From: Candidatus Parcubacteria bacterium
Lineage (GTDB): Bacteria > Patescibacteriota > Minisyncoccia > UBA6257 > 2-01-FULL-56-20
Length of the DNA: 50,427 nucleotides
NCBI GenBank assembly: GCA_003599135.1
Contig: QZIV01000020.1
Coordinates: 1 to 50,427, forward strand
Direction: 5' to 3'
The position numbers and the translations under genes were made by a program. Below the pieces are notes generated by a model. That model did no database searches and was not told where the DNA came from. It saw only the letters and a list, made by a program, of their open reading frames with translations. Positions 41,388-50,363 of the stretch are shown here, in pieces. Positions within the stretch are counted from its first letter, which is position 1. Each line of letters opens with the position of its first letter.

Positions 41388-42680
41388 TTAAATCAAATCG
41401 ACGATTTCCTCAACCACGCTCTCGAGATGAATCGCGCGAGAAGCTTTGACTAAGATGAGATCCCCGGCTTTTATCAAATCTTGAACTGCTTTCCCGGCTT
41501 CCTCCGCGTCATCGAAACTTTTGATATTCGCTTTTCGCATCTTCGCTTTTTTCGCTCCTTCCGCGATAAGTTTTGCGCGGGGGCCAACTGTTATAAGGAT
41601 ATCCGCAACTTCTGCAACAAGGCGGCCAAGGTTTTCATGCGCCTCCATCGCATAGGGGCCTATTTCGAGCATGTCCCCCAAGACCGCAATTTTGCGCTTA
41701 CCGGGAAGGTCTTTGAGCGCCCGCAGGGCCGATTCCATAGAAAGCGGGCTCGCGTTATAGGCGTCATCGATAATCCAGGTTTCTTTTACACCCTTCCGTA
41801 ACTGCATCCGGTGGGGCGGCGGCTCGTATCGCTTCAGGCCCTCGGCAACTTTCTGAAAACTCATTCCAAAAACAAATCCGACTGCTCCGGCCGCGGCTGC
41901 GGCATATGCTTGTGATTTGCCGAGCATTCCGGGAAGCTTGAGCGATGCGCCGGAGCTTCCGTATTCGAGCCGAAACGCAACGCCGCCCGGCCTTCCTTCT
42001 TCCGCATAGTGATGAAAGCGGGAGATTCTCACTTCAGCTCCCTCGGAAAATCCAAACGTCACGAGATGCGCCCGCGTACGGTCTTGTAAGGCCATAACCG
42101 TTTTGTCATCTCGATTCAAAACCGCAAAACCAGCCGCAGGGAGATATTCGATAAGCCGCGCTTTCTCGCGCGCGACCTCTTCGGAATTCTTATAAAACTC
42201 CACGTGTGCCGGCACCGCTCCCACTGCGGTGACGACTCCGATGTTGGGGCGCGCAATCTGCAAGAGGTATCTCACATCCCCCGGCCGATCAGCTCCATAC
42301 TCCAAAACCAAAATTTCCGGATACGACGAACTTTTGTAGCAAAGCTGGAACACGCCTCTGCATATCACCTTGACCCAAAAGAAAAGTTTGGCAATCCGGC
42401 GGGTTCCTTCTTTCTGCTCCCGGCTTACGAGTTTGAGCTCTTTCTCCGACCAACTCCCCAAAATAGTAAGCGGCAAACCAAGGTCGTTATTCAAATTGCC
42501 GTGCGCAGTACGCACGCGCCGTTCGATTCCCAAGACGGCCATGACCGCAAACTTTGTTGACGTTTTCCCCACGCTTCCGGTAATGCCCACGATTCCGGGC
42601 CGATACCGCCAAATCACAAGCTGTGCGAGAACTTTTAACGTCCAGCGGAGGCAACGCACAAAAACCGGACTCATCCCCAT
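41388..42680 (-). CDS. murF: UDP-MurNAc-tripeptide--D-Ala-D-Ala ligase (MurF), lacking the canonical N-terminal domain
   Basis: 'GITGSVGKTSTK' P-loop already at residue ~33, plus 'HGNLNNDLGLPLTILG' and 'DDAYNASPLSM'. Confidence 0.85.
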   Translation of the reverse strand: MGMSPVFVRCLRWTLKVLAQLVIWRYRPGIVGITGSVGKTSTKFAVMAVLGIERRVRTAHGNLNNDLGLPLTILGSWSEKELKLVSREQKEGTRRIAKLFFWVKVICRGVFQLCYKSSSYPEILVLEYGADRPGDVRYLLQIARPNIGVVTAVGAVPAHVEFYKNSEEVAREKARLIEYLPAAGFAVLNRDDKTVMALQDRTRAHLVTFGFSEGAEVRISRFHHYAEEGRPGGVAFRLEYGSSGASLKLPGMLGKSQAYAAAAAGAVGFVFGMSFQKVAEGLKRYEPPPHRMQLRKGVKETWIIDDAYNASPLSMESALRALKDLPGKRKIAVLGDMLEIGPYAMEAHENLGRLVAEVADILITVGPRAKLIAEGAKKAKMRKANIKSFDDAEEAGKAVQDLIKAGDLILVKASRAIHLESVVEEIVDLI

Positions 42681-42709
42681 GAATTCAATTATACCTATTT
42701 CCGTCTCTG

Positions 42710-44344
42710 TTACAGGCGATCCGGCGGAATTTCGTAGTAGTTCAGCATAAACTGTGCAAGTTCTCGAAATGCGGGCACGACGGTAAGCGAGGCAAAGGGC
42801 GCACTTTCGGGTTCGTTCAAGCGGACAAGAACGATGAAACGCGGATCGCTCGCTGGCCCAAACCCCACATAGGTATTAATAACGTTTTCGGTGTATCCGC
42901 CGCGCACAAAATCCGGCACGAATGCGGTTCCAGTTTTTCCGGCAAGCGAATATCCTTCGATTCGCGCCACGTCCGCTTTATCGACGGCAGAAACCATCAT
43001 TGCAGTTACTTTTCGCGCGGTGTCTTCCCGAATCACCTCCCGGAGAAGAACCGGCTCAAGACTCGCATCGAGATACGGGCTCATCAGTTTCCCGCCGTTT
43101 GCAATCGCGCCAACCGCTGTGATAAGTCCAATCGGCGTCACAGCAACTCCCTGCCCGTAGGAAGCGGTTGCAAAAATGATATCGCGCTCTTTTGGGTTCA
43201 GGCGGCGAATATCTCCTTTGAGTTCGCCGGGAAGCGTGACGCCGGTTTTTTCTCCCAGACCAAACTTCTCAAGGTAACTCTTGAAAATGTCCCGCCCCAT
43301 TTGACGCTCCGCAAACACCGCGCCGGTATTTAATGAGTGCTCAATGACATTTGTCATCGTTACGCGCCCGTAGGGACCGTGCGTCCTGAAATCGTGATTT
43401 TGGATCGTCCGTCCGTTCATCGTGAGCGTCCCCGTATCAACGTATGTCGTCTCGGGGGTAATACTCCCCGAGTCGATGCCCGCTGCCATCGTAATTACCT
43501 TGAAAACGGACCCCGGTTCATAAATCTGCTGGGTTACCGGATTTATAAACGAAGAAAGCGGCGCTTTGTTGTATTGATTCGGATCGAAATCCGGGACGCT
43601 CGTAAGCGCGAGAATCTTGCCCGTTTTCGGATCGCCGATGATAACCGTGCCGCCGTTCGCCTTATATTTTTTAACGAGATTTGCGAGAACCCGTGCCGCT
43701 TCTATCTGAACGTTTGGATCAACGGTAAGAATCACATCGGATCCGGCGCTGGGTGCCACGATTTTTCTGTTCTCCACCTTGCCTTTGTTGCCCGAAAGGA
43801 TGTCGTTAAAAAACTCCTCGACTCCGTACCGCCCTTCCTCTCCTTCGTCAGATTCGTCGGGAGCAACGAATCCCAAAAGATGGGAAGCCAGCGGTCCGTG
43901 AGGGTAAAAACGCTCCGGAACCGTATGTACGTAAATACCTTTGATGCCGAGGTCGCTTACGGTGCGAGCAAGTTTTGAATCCGCTTTTCGAAGGATAAGT
44001 TCGTATTCATCGCCGTTTTTCAAGAATTTCTTTTCGAGTTCTTCGGCGGATTGCCCGACAATCGGCCCGATGCGGTGGGCCGCCTCCGTAGGGTCTTCGA
44101 TAACTTTGGGAACTGCGTAAATGAGCGGAAAGTGCTTATTGGTGGATGCAGGGAGCTTATTGCCGTCCTTGTCGGTGAGGTAGATCGTTCCTCGCGCGGC
44201 TTTTAAGAAGTCGGGGCTCACGAAACGGGATTCCGCTTGAGCAAGATAGTCGCTTCCTTTCACCAGCTGGACGTCATAGAGGCGAAACAATAAAAACGCG
44301 TATGCGGAAGCAAGTATTCCCAGTGCTATTGAGAGGCGAGCCAT
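42710..44344 (-). CDS. ftsI: Class B penicillin-binding protein (FtsI/PBP2-type transpeptidase)
   Basis: TM anchor. 'GSVFKVITMAAG' (SxxK), 'HSLNTG' (SxN), 'GKTGTA' (KTG). Confidence 0.9.
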   Translation of the reverse strand: MARLSIALGILASAYAFLLFRLYDVQLVKGSDYLAQAESRFVSPDFLKAARGTIYLTDKDGNKLPASTNKHFPLIYAVPKVIEDPTEAAHRIGPIVGQSAEELEKKFLKNGDEYELILRKADSKLARTVSDLGIKGIYVHTVPERFYPHGPLASHLLGFVAPDESDEGEEGRYGVEEFFNDILSGNKGKVENRKIVAPSAGSDVILTVDPNVQIEAARVLANLVKKYKANGGTVIIGDPKTGKILALTSVPDFDPNQYNKAPLSSFINPVTQQIYEPGSVFKVITMAAGIDSGSITPETTYVDTGTLTMNGRTIQNHDFRTHGPYGRVTMTNVIEHSLNTGAVFAERQMGRDIFKSYLEKFGLGEKTGVTLPGELKGDIRRLNPKERDIIFATASYGQGVAVTPIGLITAVGAIANGGKLMSPYLDASLEPVLLREVIREDTARKVTAMMVSAVDKADVARIEGYSLAGKTGTAFVPDFVRGGYTENVINTYVGFGPASDPRFIVLVRLNEPESAPFASLTVVPAFRELAQFMLNYYEIPPDRL

Positions 44345-44637
44345 GGCTGATGAGCGCTCACATACTGGGGTTTCTTGTCCTGAACAAGGCCGCGTTCCCG
44401 AACGAATCCTTCAAGATTTGCGGCGTTAAGCATCCCGAAGGCCGTGCTTTTTAATTCCGCATTTCCGGTCTCCAGTGCCTTAAGCTCTTCTCGCGCTTCA
44501 ACCACGGCGTGTTGAGTGTTCACGAGCCGATTGTAAAGCAAAACCAAGCCTCCAACCTCAATAACGAGAGCAAAAATAAGAAGGAGCATCGCCCTGCTTA
44601 AAAATGTGGTGTTTTTATTTGGTTGAATAAGCGTCAT
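44326..44637 (-). CDS. ftsL: FtsL-like cell-division protein
   Basis: 103 aa: one TM helix plus a coiled coil. It sits between rsmH and ftsI, with an ATGA overlap with rsmH. Confidence 0.6.
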   Translation of the reverse strand: MTLIQPNKNTTFLSRAMLLLIFALVIEVGGLVLLYNRLVNTQHAVVEAREELKALETGNAELKSTAFGMLNAANLEGFVRERGLVQDKKPQYVSAHQPWLASQ

Positions 44638-45548
44638 AGCATTCGTGCCGCCCGAAGTTTTGCTGAACGGCTTCGCGGGTTCTCTCGGATTTCTTGCATC
44701 GAGGCCTGGATCGGTTTCTTTGTAAGAACGGTGAGTTGTTTACTTTTCTCCATTTTTCGAAACGAGTTTTTTACAATGCGATCTTCGAGCGAGTGAAACG
44801 AGATGATAACGATCCGTCCGTCCTCCTTGAGTATCTCTCCGAGATGTTCGAGTGCAGTTTCAAGATTCTTCAATTCGTCGTTCGCATATATCCGGAGGGC
44901 CTGGAATGTTCTTGTCGCCGGATGGATCCTCCCCCGCTCATACGATCCCGGTACGGCTCTGACTATCGCATCACTGAGCTCGAGAGTCGTCCTGATCGGG
45001 TGTCTTTTGCCTGTATTCTTGATTTCTCGCGCAATCCGACTTGCGAATCGCTCTTCGCCGAATTCTGAAATAATTCGTGCGAGTGCTCTTTCGTCCGTAT
45101 CTCGAAGCACCTCCCACACTGGCGCACGATTTCTGTCGTATGTCATTTCGAGCGGTTCATCGAGAGAAAAACTGAATCCGCGGCCCGAGTGTTTCAGATG
45201 CTCCGAAGAGAAACCGAGGTCGAGAAGCAATCCGTCCGCTTTTGGCAACCTGCGCGCTCGAAGGATATTGTGGATGTCGGCGTAGTTCCCTTGGGAAAGT
45301 ATCACTGATTTCTCTTGACCGAACTCTTTCCGTGCACGGATGACTAAATCGCTATCCCAATCAATCCCTAAAAGCATTCCTTTCGGCTTAATGCGCTTCA
45401 AAATTTCCTTGCTGTGTCCTCCGCCGTTTATCGTTCCGTCGATGACGAAATTTCCCGGATGCGGATCAAGAAACGTTATAACCTCCTGTAAAAGAACTGG
45501 CTTGTGAACCCCCACACCTATGCGAGAGTGCGAAGCAATCGTATTCAT
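44634..45548 (-). CDS. rsmH: 16S rRNA (cytosine1402-N4)-methyltransferase
   Basis: 'HKPVLLQEV', 'DGTINGGGHS', 'DLGFSS', 'ISFHSLEDR'. I chose ATG 45548; a TTG at 45584 is also possible. Confidence 0.9.
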   Translation of the reverse strand: MNTIASHSRIGVGVHKPVLLQEVITFLDPHPGNFVIDGTINGGGHSKEILKRIKPKGMLLGIDWDSDLVIRARKEFGQEKSVILSQGNYADIHNILRARRLPKADGLLLDLGFSSEHLKHSGRGFSFSLDEPLEMTYDRNRAPVWEVLRDTDERALARIISEFGEERFASRIAREIKNTGKRHPIRTTLELSDAIVRAVPGSYERGRIHPATRTFQALRIYANDELKNLETALEHLGEILKEDGRIVIISFHSLEDRIVKNSFRKMEKSKQLTVLTKKPIQASMQEIRENPRSRSAKLRAARML

Positions 45549-45648
45549 GTGCGTGGAGTAATGTGGAGATTGGATACTTATCAAGATCGCAATTGCTGAG
45601 AAACTATGATCTCAAGGGGATATCTCTCGCATAGGTGTGGGGGTTCGT

Positions 45649-46080
45649 CTAAATTCCCAACTCCCCAAGTTTCTCGGCAATTTCCTGAGAAGCGCTTTCT
45701 GTCTTTTGTTTATACTCGTGCCATCGAGTCGAATCCCAAATTTCTATCCTGTTGTATAGTCCGGCAACAACCGCCTGTTTTTTCAATCCTGCATATCTCC
45801 GAAGATAATCCGGTATAAGAATTCTTCCTTGCGAGTCGAGCTCGACATCGCTTGCGCCCGCAAGCATAAGACGCACAAAGGCCCTGGAGTTCGCCTGCGC
45901 CAAGGGCAATGCGATTAATTTCTGAGCGAGCACTTCCCAGTCTTTGTTATCGAATACAAAGAGACAGCTATCGAGACCGCGCGTGATAATAGCTCCCGAA
46001 GCAACTTTTTCCCGAAACTTCGCCGGAATCGCTATTCGACCTTTCGAATCTAAGTTGTGCTGATATTCTCCTAAAATCAT
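45649..46080 (-). CDS. mraZ: Transcriptional regulator MraZ
   Basis: Duplicated 'DSKGRIAIP' / 'DSQGRILIP' SpoVT-AbrB-like motifs. 143 aa. Confidence 0.9.
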   Translation of the reverse strand: MILGEYQHNLDSKGRIAIPAKFREKVASGAIITRGLDSCLFVFDNKDWEVLAQKLIALPLAQANSRAFVRLMLAGASDVELDSQGRILIPDYLRRYAGLKKQAVVAGLYNRIEIWDSTRWHEYKQKTESASQEIAEKLGELGI

Positions 46081-46099
46081 TGCGTATAGTGATGGTTAT

Positions 46100-46155
46100 C
46101 CCCAGAAACCCTCCTAAAAGTGGTGTTTATCCCCAGATTCATCCACAACTCCCCA
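46100..46155 (-). promoter_or_regulatory. Phased TGGGG/GTGG repeats (candidate MraZ boxes) in the mraZ leader
   Basis: The minus strand reads GTGGGGAGTTGTGGATGAATCTGGGGATAA...CTGGGGATAAC. Box starts are spaced 10, 10 and 31 nt apart, and CTGGGGATAA occurs twice exactly. Confidence 0.45.
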
Positions 46156-46165
46156 CTTGCATGTA

Positions 46166-46193
46166 ATCGTACACCACCCAAGGTTTGAGTCAA
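46166..46193 (-). promoter_or_regulatory. Candidate dcw (mraZ) promoter
   Basis: On the minus strand: TTGACT (46193-46188), 16 nt, TACGAT (46171-46166). Confidence 0.5.
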
Positions 46194-46242
46194 AAATGGT
46201 CGCGCGTCTTCAAGCTTGTCGCGAAGCATTGATTTACCAAGA

Positions 46243-46266
46243 AAAAAATTCTCCGCGAGGCGGAGA
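46243..46266 (-). terminator. Terminator after the Liv/NUDIX operon
   Basis: TCTCCGC-gag-GCGGAGA (46250-66). The minus strand continues AATTTTTTTC. Confidence 0.65.
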
Positions 46267-46317
46267 TATTCACAGGTTATCAACTGTATCGAAAAGTTTT
46301 CTTTCGACTAACGTTCC

Positions 46318-46758
46318 TCACCCGGAAATTACGTTCTTATCGAGCAACTCTTTAAAATAAATGTCCAGATCTTCGACGGCCTCGATTTCCTTAAGAGTAA
46401 ACCATGCATACTCGACGTTTTCTTCCGTATCAAGCGTCGGTTCTCCTTCTATGTTCCCGATATACGTCAACCGGACGACGTGTCTCTCGTCGTGACCTTG
46501 AACTTTCAAGATGTCCTGTGCGGCGATGAGCTCGGGCTCTTCGATCAGATCCAGATTTGTTTCCTCTTTAATTTCGCGTTTGAGATTCTGGAGCAAGGTT
46601 TCGCCGGGATTGATTCTGCCGCCCACTATATCCCACCGGTTTGGAGCCTCAGGATATTTCACCGGTGATCTTCGGATGAGCAAATATTTCCCGTCTTTCC
46701 GTTTGAGCAGCGCCTTCACGCCAACCTGAAGATTGATGTTCCTTGGTTCGTTTTCCAT
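46318..46758 (-). CDS. NUDIX hydrolase
   Basis: Start ATG 46758 (MENEPRNINLQ...), 1 nt after the ATPase stop. 'GGRINPGETLLQNLKREIKEETNL'. Confidence 0.8.
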   Translation of the reverse strand: MENEPRNINLQVGVKALLKRKDGKYLLIRRSPVKYPEAPNRWDIVGGRINPGETLLQNLKREIKEETNLDLIEEPELIAAQDILKVQGHDERHVVRLTYIGNIEGEPTLDTEENVEYAWFTLKEIEAVEDLDIYFKELLDKNVISG

Positions 46759-46759
46759 A

Positions 46760-47509
46760 TTACTCGCCGAAATAAATTTTCTGCAAACGCTCGTCTCGGC
46801 GCACCGTTTCCGGTGTGCCCTCGAGATACTTTTTCCCGTCCACGAGCACAATGATTCGTTCCGCAAGATTAAAAAGAAACCGCAAGTCGTGCTCGATAAT
46901 CACAACTGTCCGGCCGTGATCTTTCGATAATTTCTTGATCATCCGCGCGAGGTTGTCGCGAAGTATAGGAGCGACGCCCGCAGTCGGCTCATCGATGAGA
47001 AGCAGGTTTCCCTTGAGGATCTTGAGACGGGCAAGCTCCAAAAGCCGAAGTTCTCCCCCCGAAAGAACCCCTGCGAGGGATTTTCTGTGAGATGAAAGAC
47101 TCGCTTCGGCGAGTGCTGCTTCAATTGCAACAGACATCTTCTCGCGCCACTCGCGAGAAAGTATCCACCACCACGGATACAACTCCCTGCGTTCGACCGC
47201 CATCATGAGATTCTCTTCAACCGTCATTTCCCGGAAAACGCCGACGTGCTGAAACCCTCGGGCTATGCCAAGTTCCGCTCGTGCATGCGCCGGAAGATTC
47301 ATGATATCTCTGCCGTTCACGCTTACCGTCCCGGCGTCGATCGGCAAAAACCCAGAAATCGCGTTCAAAAGCGTCGTCTTCCCGCAGCCGTTGGGACCGA
47401 TGATGCCGACGACCTCTCCGGCGCGGACGTCAAATGAAACGTCCTGGAGTATCATCCTCTGCCCGATTCGAACGTGAAGATTTTCCACCGAGAGCACGGA
47501 TTTAGACAT
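46760..47509 (-). CDS. ABC ATPase, LivG/LivF-type (only one present)
   Basis: Start ATG 47509. 'GPNGCGKTT', 'LSGGELRLLELAR', 'LLIDEPTAGVAP'. Confidence 0.85.
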   Translation of the reverse strand: MSKSVLSVENLHVRIGQRMILQDVSFDVRAGEVVGIIGPNGCGKTTLLNAISGFLPIDAGTVSVNGRDIMNLPAHARAELGIARGFQHVGVFREMTVEENLMMAVERRELYPWWWILSREWREKMSVAIEAALAEASLSSHRKSLAGVLSGGELRLLELARLKILKGNLLLIDEPTAGVAPILRDNLARMIKKLSKDHGRTVVIIEHDLRFLFNLAERIIVLVDGKKYLEGTPETVRRDERLQKIYFGE

Positions 47510-48353
47510 GACGCTTTGAAGAGACGTTGTACGTCGCATAATATATCAAAACGATAAGCAGAAAACCGTAGAGGGCGTTGCGCGAGTGTCCAAGGATAGA
47601 AAGCGGCAAACTAAAAAATCGCAAAAGCTCTGGCAAAAGAACGATGGTAACCGTTACGCCCAAGAGGCGGAGCGTTTTCGGGGTACTTGCAATAATGGCA
47701 ATAGTAAGTGTTTGTGTCAAAAGAAAAATTCCTCCGAGTGTCGGATCGAGGAATTGAACGCGGGACACCGCAAGAATTCCTGAAACGCCGGCGAAAAGTG
47801 ACGCGAATACGACCGCCGTTTTGCCTATGGTATTCGGAGAAGTCCCCATCGCCGTGAGTACAATCCTATTCTCCTTGAGCGCACGAAGCGATCTTCCAAA
47901 AGGGCCGTTTGCAAGGAAGGACTCTAGGATGAACGCCGGAAGGACCACATACGCTTCGAATACCACAAGCCCCCGAAGCATCTGGGCGAAACTGAAGCGC
48001 GGCACGCCCGCGATGCCCAATACCCCACCCGTAACCGAATCCCATGAACGGATGAGAGCTTCGAGCGCAAGGAAGCTCGCCAAGGTGATGACCGCGAAAC
48101 TGTCGTTCGACATTCGGGAATAAAAGAAAGCGAAAATCCCGCCAGCTATCGCCGCGAGGCCAATTCCGACGGCAAACGAAACACCGAGAGATGCTCCTGC
48201 TTTCGCCGCTACCGCATAGCCGTACGATCCGCACCAGAAAGCCGCGGGGAACCCCAGGAAAAGTATTCCTCCCAAACTTAGCGTGAGATGGCCGCCGATC
48301 GCCGCAAGCGACGTTTCCCAAACTCTTGCGATTGTCGTGAAAAGGTATCCCAT
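47502..48353 (-). CDS. Branched-chain amino-acid ABC permease, LivM-type
   Basis: 283 aa, polytopic. Its position and sequence style match LivM. Confidence 0.75.
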   Translation of the reverse strand: MGYLFTTIARVWETSLAAIGGHLTLSLGGILFLGFPAAFWCGSYGYAVAAKAGASLGVSFAVGIGLAAIAGGIFAFFYSRMSNDSFAVITLASFLALEALIRSWDSVTGGVLGIAGVPRFSFAQMLRGLVVFEAYVVLPAFILESFLANGPFGRSLRALKENRIVLTAMGTSPNTIGKTAVVFASLFAGVSGILAVSRVQFLDPTLGGIFLLTQTLTIAIIASTPKTLRLLGVTVTIVLLPELLRFFSLPLSILGHSRNALYGFLLIVLIYYATYNVSSKRHV

Positions 48354-48362
48354 AAATATGTA

Positions 48363-49235
48363 CTACGCTTCTCTCATCTTTCGCGAGAAAATGCCGTGCG
48401 GACGAAGCGCGAGAACGACCGCAGCGATGAGAAACACGAAGACCAGCCGCCAGTTTTCGGAAAAACCGCTTGCGTAGCCGATGATGAGCCCGGGAATTAC
48501 CGCGATGATATACGAGGCGACCACTGTGCCCCGCAGGTCGCTTGCGCCGCCCATAAGAAGCGCGATAAACGCCGCTACGACGAGCTGAAAACCCATATGC
48601 GGGACAAGAGCCGCGTGCCACCCGGCAAGACCGATGACTGTTGCCGCAACGAGCGCCGCAGTGATATAGGCAACGCGGCGGATCAATTTATTGTTTACGC
48701 CAAGCGAGGTTGAAAGCGCGGAATTCTCGGCTACGCTTCGCAGGAGCCTCCCCGCGCCCGTAAGGTGTACCGCGAGCCACGCGAAAACCGCCGCAAGAAA
48801 GCCAGTGCAGATTGTGATAATGCCGGGAAGATCTATCCCCACATCTCCGAATCGCACGACAGGCAATATTCCTTTCCCTAAACTTTTCCCGTCCGTGCCG
48901 AAAAAAATCGCTAAAAGTGACTCGATAACGATGCCAAGCGCGAAACTCACGAGAAGTCCAAGGAGCGGTTCTTGTCGGACTGCGAAGGGCTCGAGGAGTT
49001 GCGCGGAGAGGAGTCCCAACGCTGTCGCGACACAAAGAGCAAAAATAATCGCAGCCCAGATCGGCCATCCTAACGTAATACTCCAATAGAGAGCGTACGC
49101 AGCTGCTGCGCCGATCGCTCCAGTCGCAAGATGTACGATCCGGCTTGCGGCGGAAACAAGATACAGCGCCACCGCAACCATCAAGATCTGAGTTCCCAAG
49201 ACCAGACTCTGAAGGACGATTGAGACAAGATACAC
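48363..49235 (-). CDS. Branched-chain amino-acid ABC permease, LivH-type
   Basis: 290 aa, polytopic, GTG start. Follows the binding-protein gene. Confidence 0.75.
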   Translation of the reverse strand: MYLVSIVLQSLVLGTQILMVAVALYLVSAASRIVHLATGAIGAAAAYALYWSITLGWPIWAAIIFALCVATALGLLSAQLLEPFAVRQEPLLGLLVSFALGIVIESLLAIFFGTDGKSLGKGILPVVRFGDVGIDLPGIITICTGFLAAVFAWLAVHLTGAGRLLRSVAENSALSTSLGVNNKLIRRVAYITAALVAATVIGLAGWHAALVPHMGFQLVVAAFIALLMGGASDLRGTVVASYIIAVIPGLIIGYASGFSENWRLVFVFLIAAVVLALRPHGIFSRKMREA

Positions 49236-49238
49236 CGC

Positions 49239-50363
49239 TTACTGCTGAACCGCTTTGCCGCCCTCGACGACGTACACTCCCCCCTCTGAACCTTGCTTAA
49301 AGCTGTGTCCGTCAAAATAGACGTTGCCGAGATATCCCTTGAACGTCCGCGAGGCAAGCGCGTCGCGCACCACCTTCTGGTCGTTACCCAACTCACGAAT
49401 GAGCGAGGTTAGGATGTCTACGGTATCTATTGTAGAGGCAGTATAGTAATTGCCTAGGTTAGAAATCGGCCCTTCGGCTTCTTCGATCTTCGCTTTGTAA
49501 GCAAGAAACGCGGGATCCGTAAGATTCGGGGCGTCAACTATGGTCATGCCCTCTGCAAAATCTCCAACGGCCGCGCGGGTATCATCCGCCAGATACCCGA
49601 TTTGGCTGTATAATTTGTAGCCTTTCCAATCTTTCACCTCGGCAAGCTGCTTCAGGAGGTTTTCCGCCACAACGCCCGGGTTGGGATTCAAGAGAATCGC
49701 TTCGGGGTTTGCCCTTCGGATCTTCGCAAGGAGATTTCTAAAATCAGTGCTGCCCTTCGGGAATACTTCGTTTGCCACCACTTTTACATTCGGATACTCG
49801 GCGATTTTCTTCTCCCAAACGGTTTTGATACCGATATTGTAATCGTTCTGCTCGCTTATAATCGCGATTTTCGAGAATGTACTCATTAATCGTGCGAGCG
49901 TCTCCCCGATAACCTGGTCGGTGTAGGAGGTCGTAAAGACATAGGGGCTCGCCCCCTCAATCGTAGGGTTCGAGGATATAGACGATACCGCAAGCGCTTT
50001 CCCGTCTTTCGTAAGCGGAGCAATGCCGAGCGTTTCCGAGGAACATCCGCCGCCAATGATGATCTTTACTCCATCAATGTCCGTAAGTTTTTGGAACGCG
50101 CTTACCGCATCGCTCCCCGAACATTTCCCGTCCTCGTACACTACCTCGAACTTCGTCCCCCGTTGGGCGTTGACCTCCGCAAGCCTATACTTCAACACTT
50201 TCTGCATCTCCTCGCCGTATGCGGCTATGTCGCCCGAAAGCGGCCCGATAAATCCGATTTTCACGACATCGCCCGGAACGTTCGAGCCAGAATTCTGCAT
50301 CACGAAAACGACTACGAGCGCAAGCACCGCGACCCCTAAAATGATTTTTGTGTTTTTAGACAT
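49239..50363 (-). CDS. ABC substrate-binding protein, LivK/type-1 periplasmic binding fold
   Basis: 374 aa with a signal anchor. 'VKIGFIGPLSGDIAAYG' is typical of Leu/Ile/Val-binding family proteins. Confidence 0.8.
   Translation of the reverse strand: MSKNTKIILGVAVLALVVVFVMQNSGSNVPGDVVKIGFIGPLSGDIAAYGEEMQKVLKYRLAEVNAQRGTKFEVVYEDGKCSGSDAVSAFQKLTDIDGVKIIIGGGCSSETLGIAPLTKDGKALAVSSISSNPTIEGASPYVFTTSYTDQVIGETLARLMSTFSKIAIISEQNDYNIGIKTVWEKKIAEYPNVKVVANEVFPKGSTDFRNLLAKIRRANPEAILLNPNPGVVAENLLKQLAEVKDWKGYKLYSQIGYLADDTRAAVGDFAEGMTIVDAPNLTDPAFLAYKAKIEEAEGPISNLGNYYTASTIDTVDILTSLIRELGNDQKVVRDALASRTFKGYLGNVYFDGHSFKQGSEGGVYVVEGGKAVQQ

Noticed and set aside
47866-48621. 251-aa minus-strand ORF overlapping the LivM/LivH-type permease genes in another frame.
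   Set aside because: Its translation is Arg/Gly/Ser-rich with no hydrophobic helices, and it is out of frame within two well-supported permease genes.
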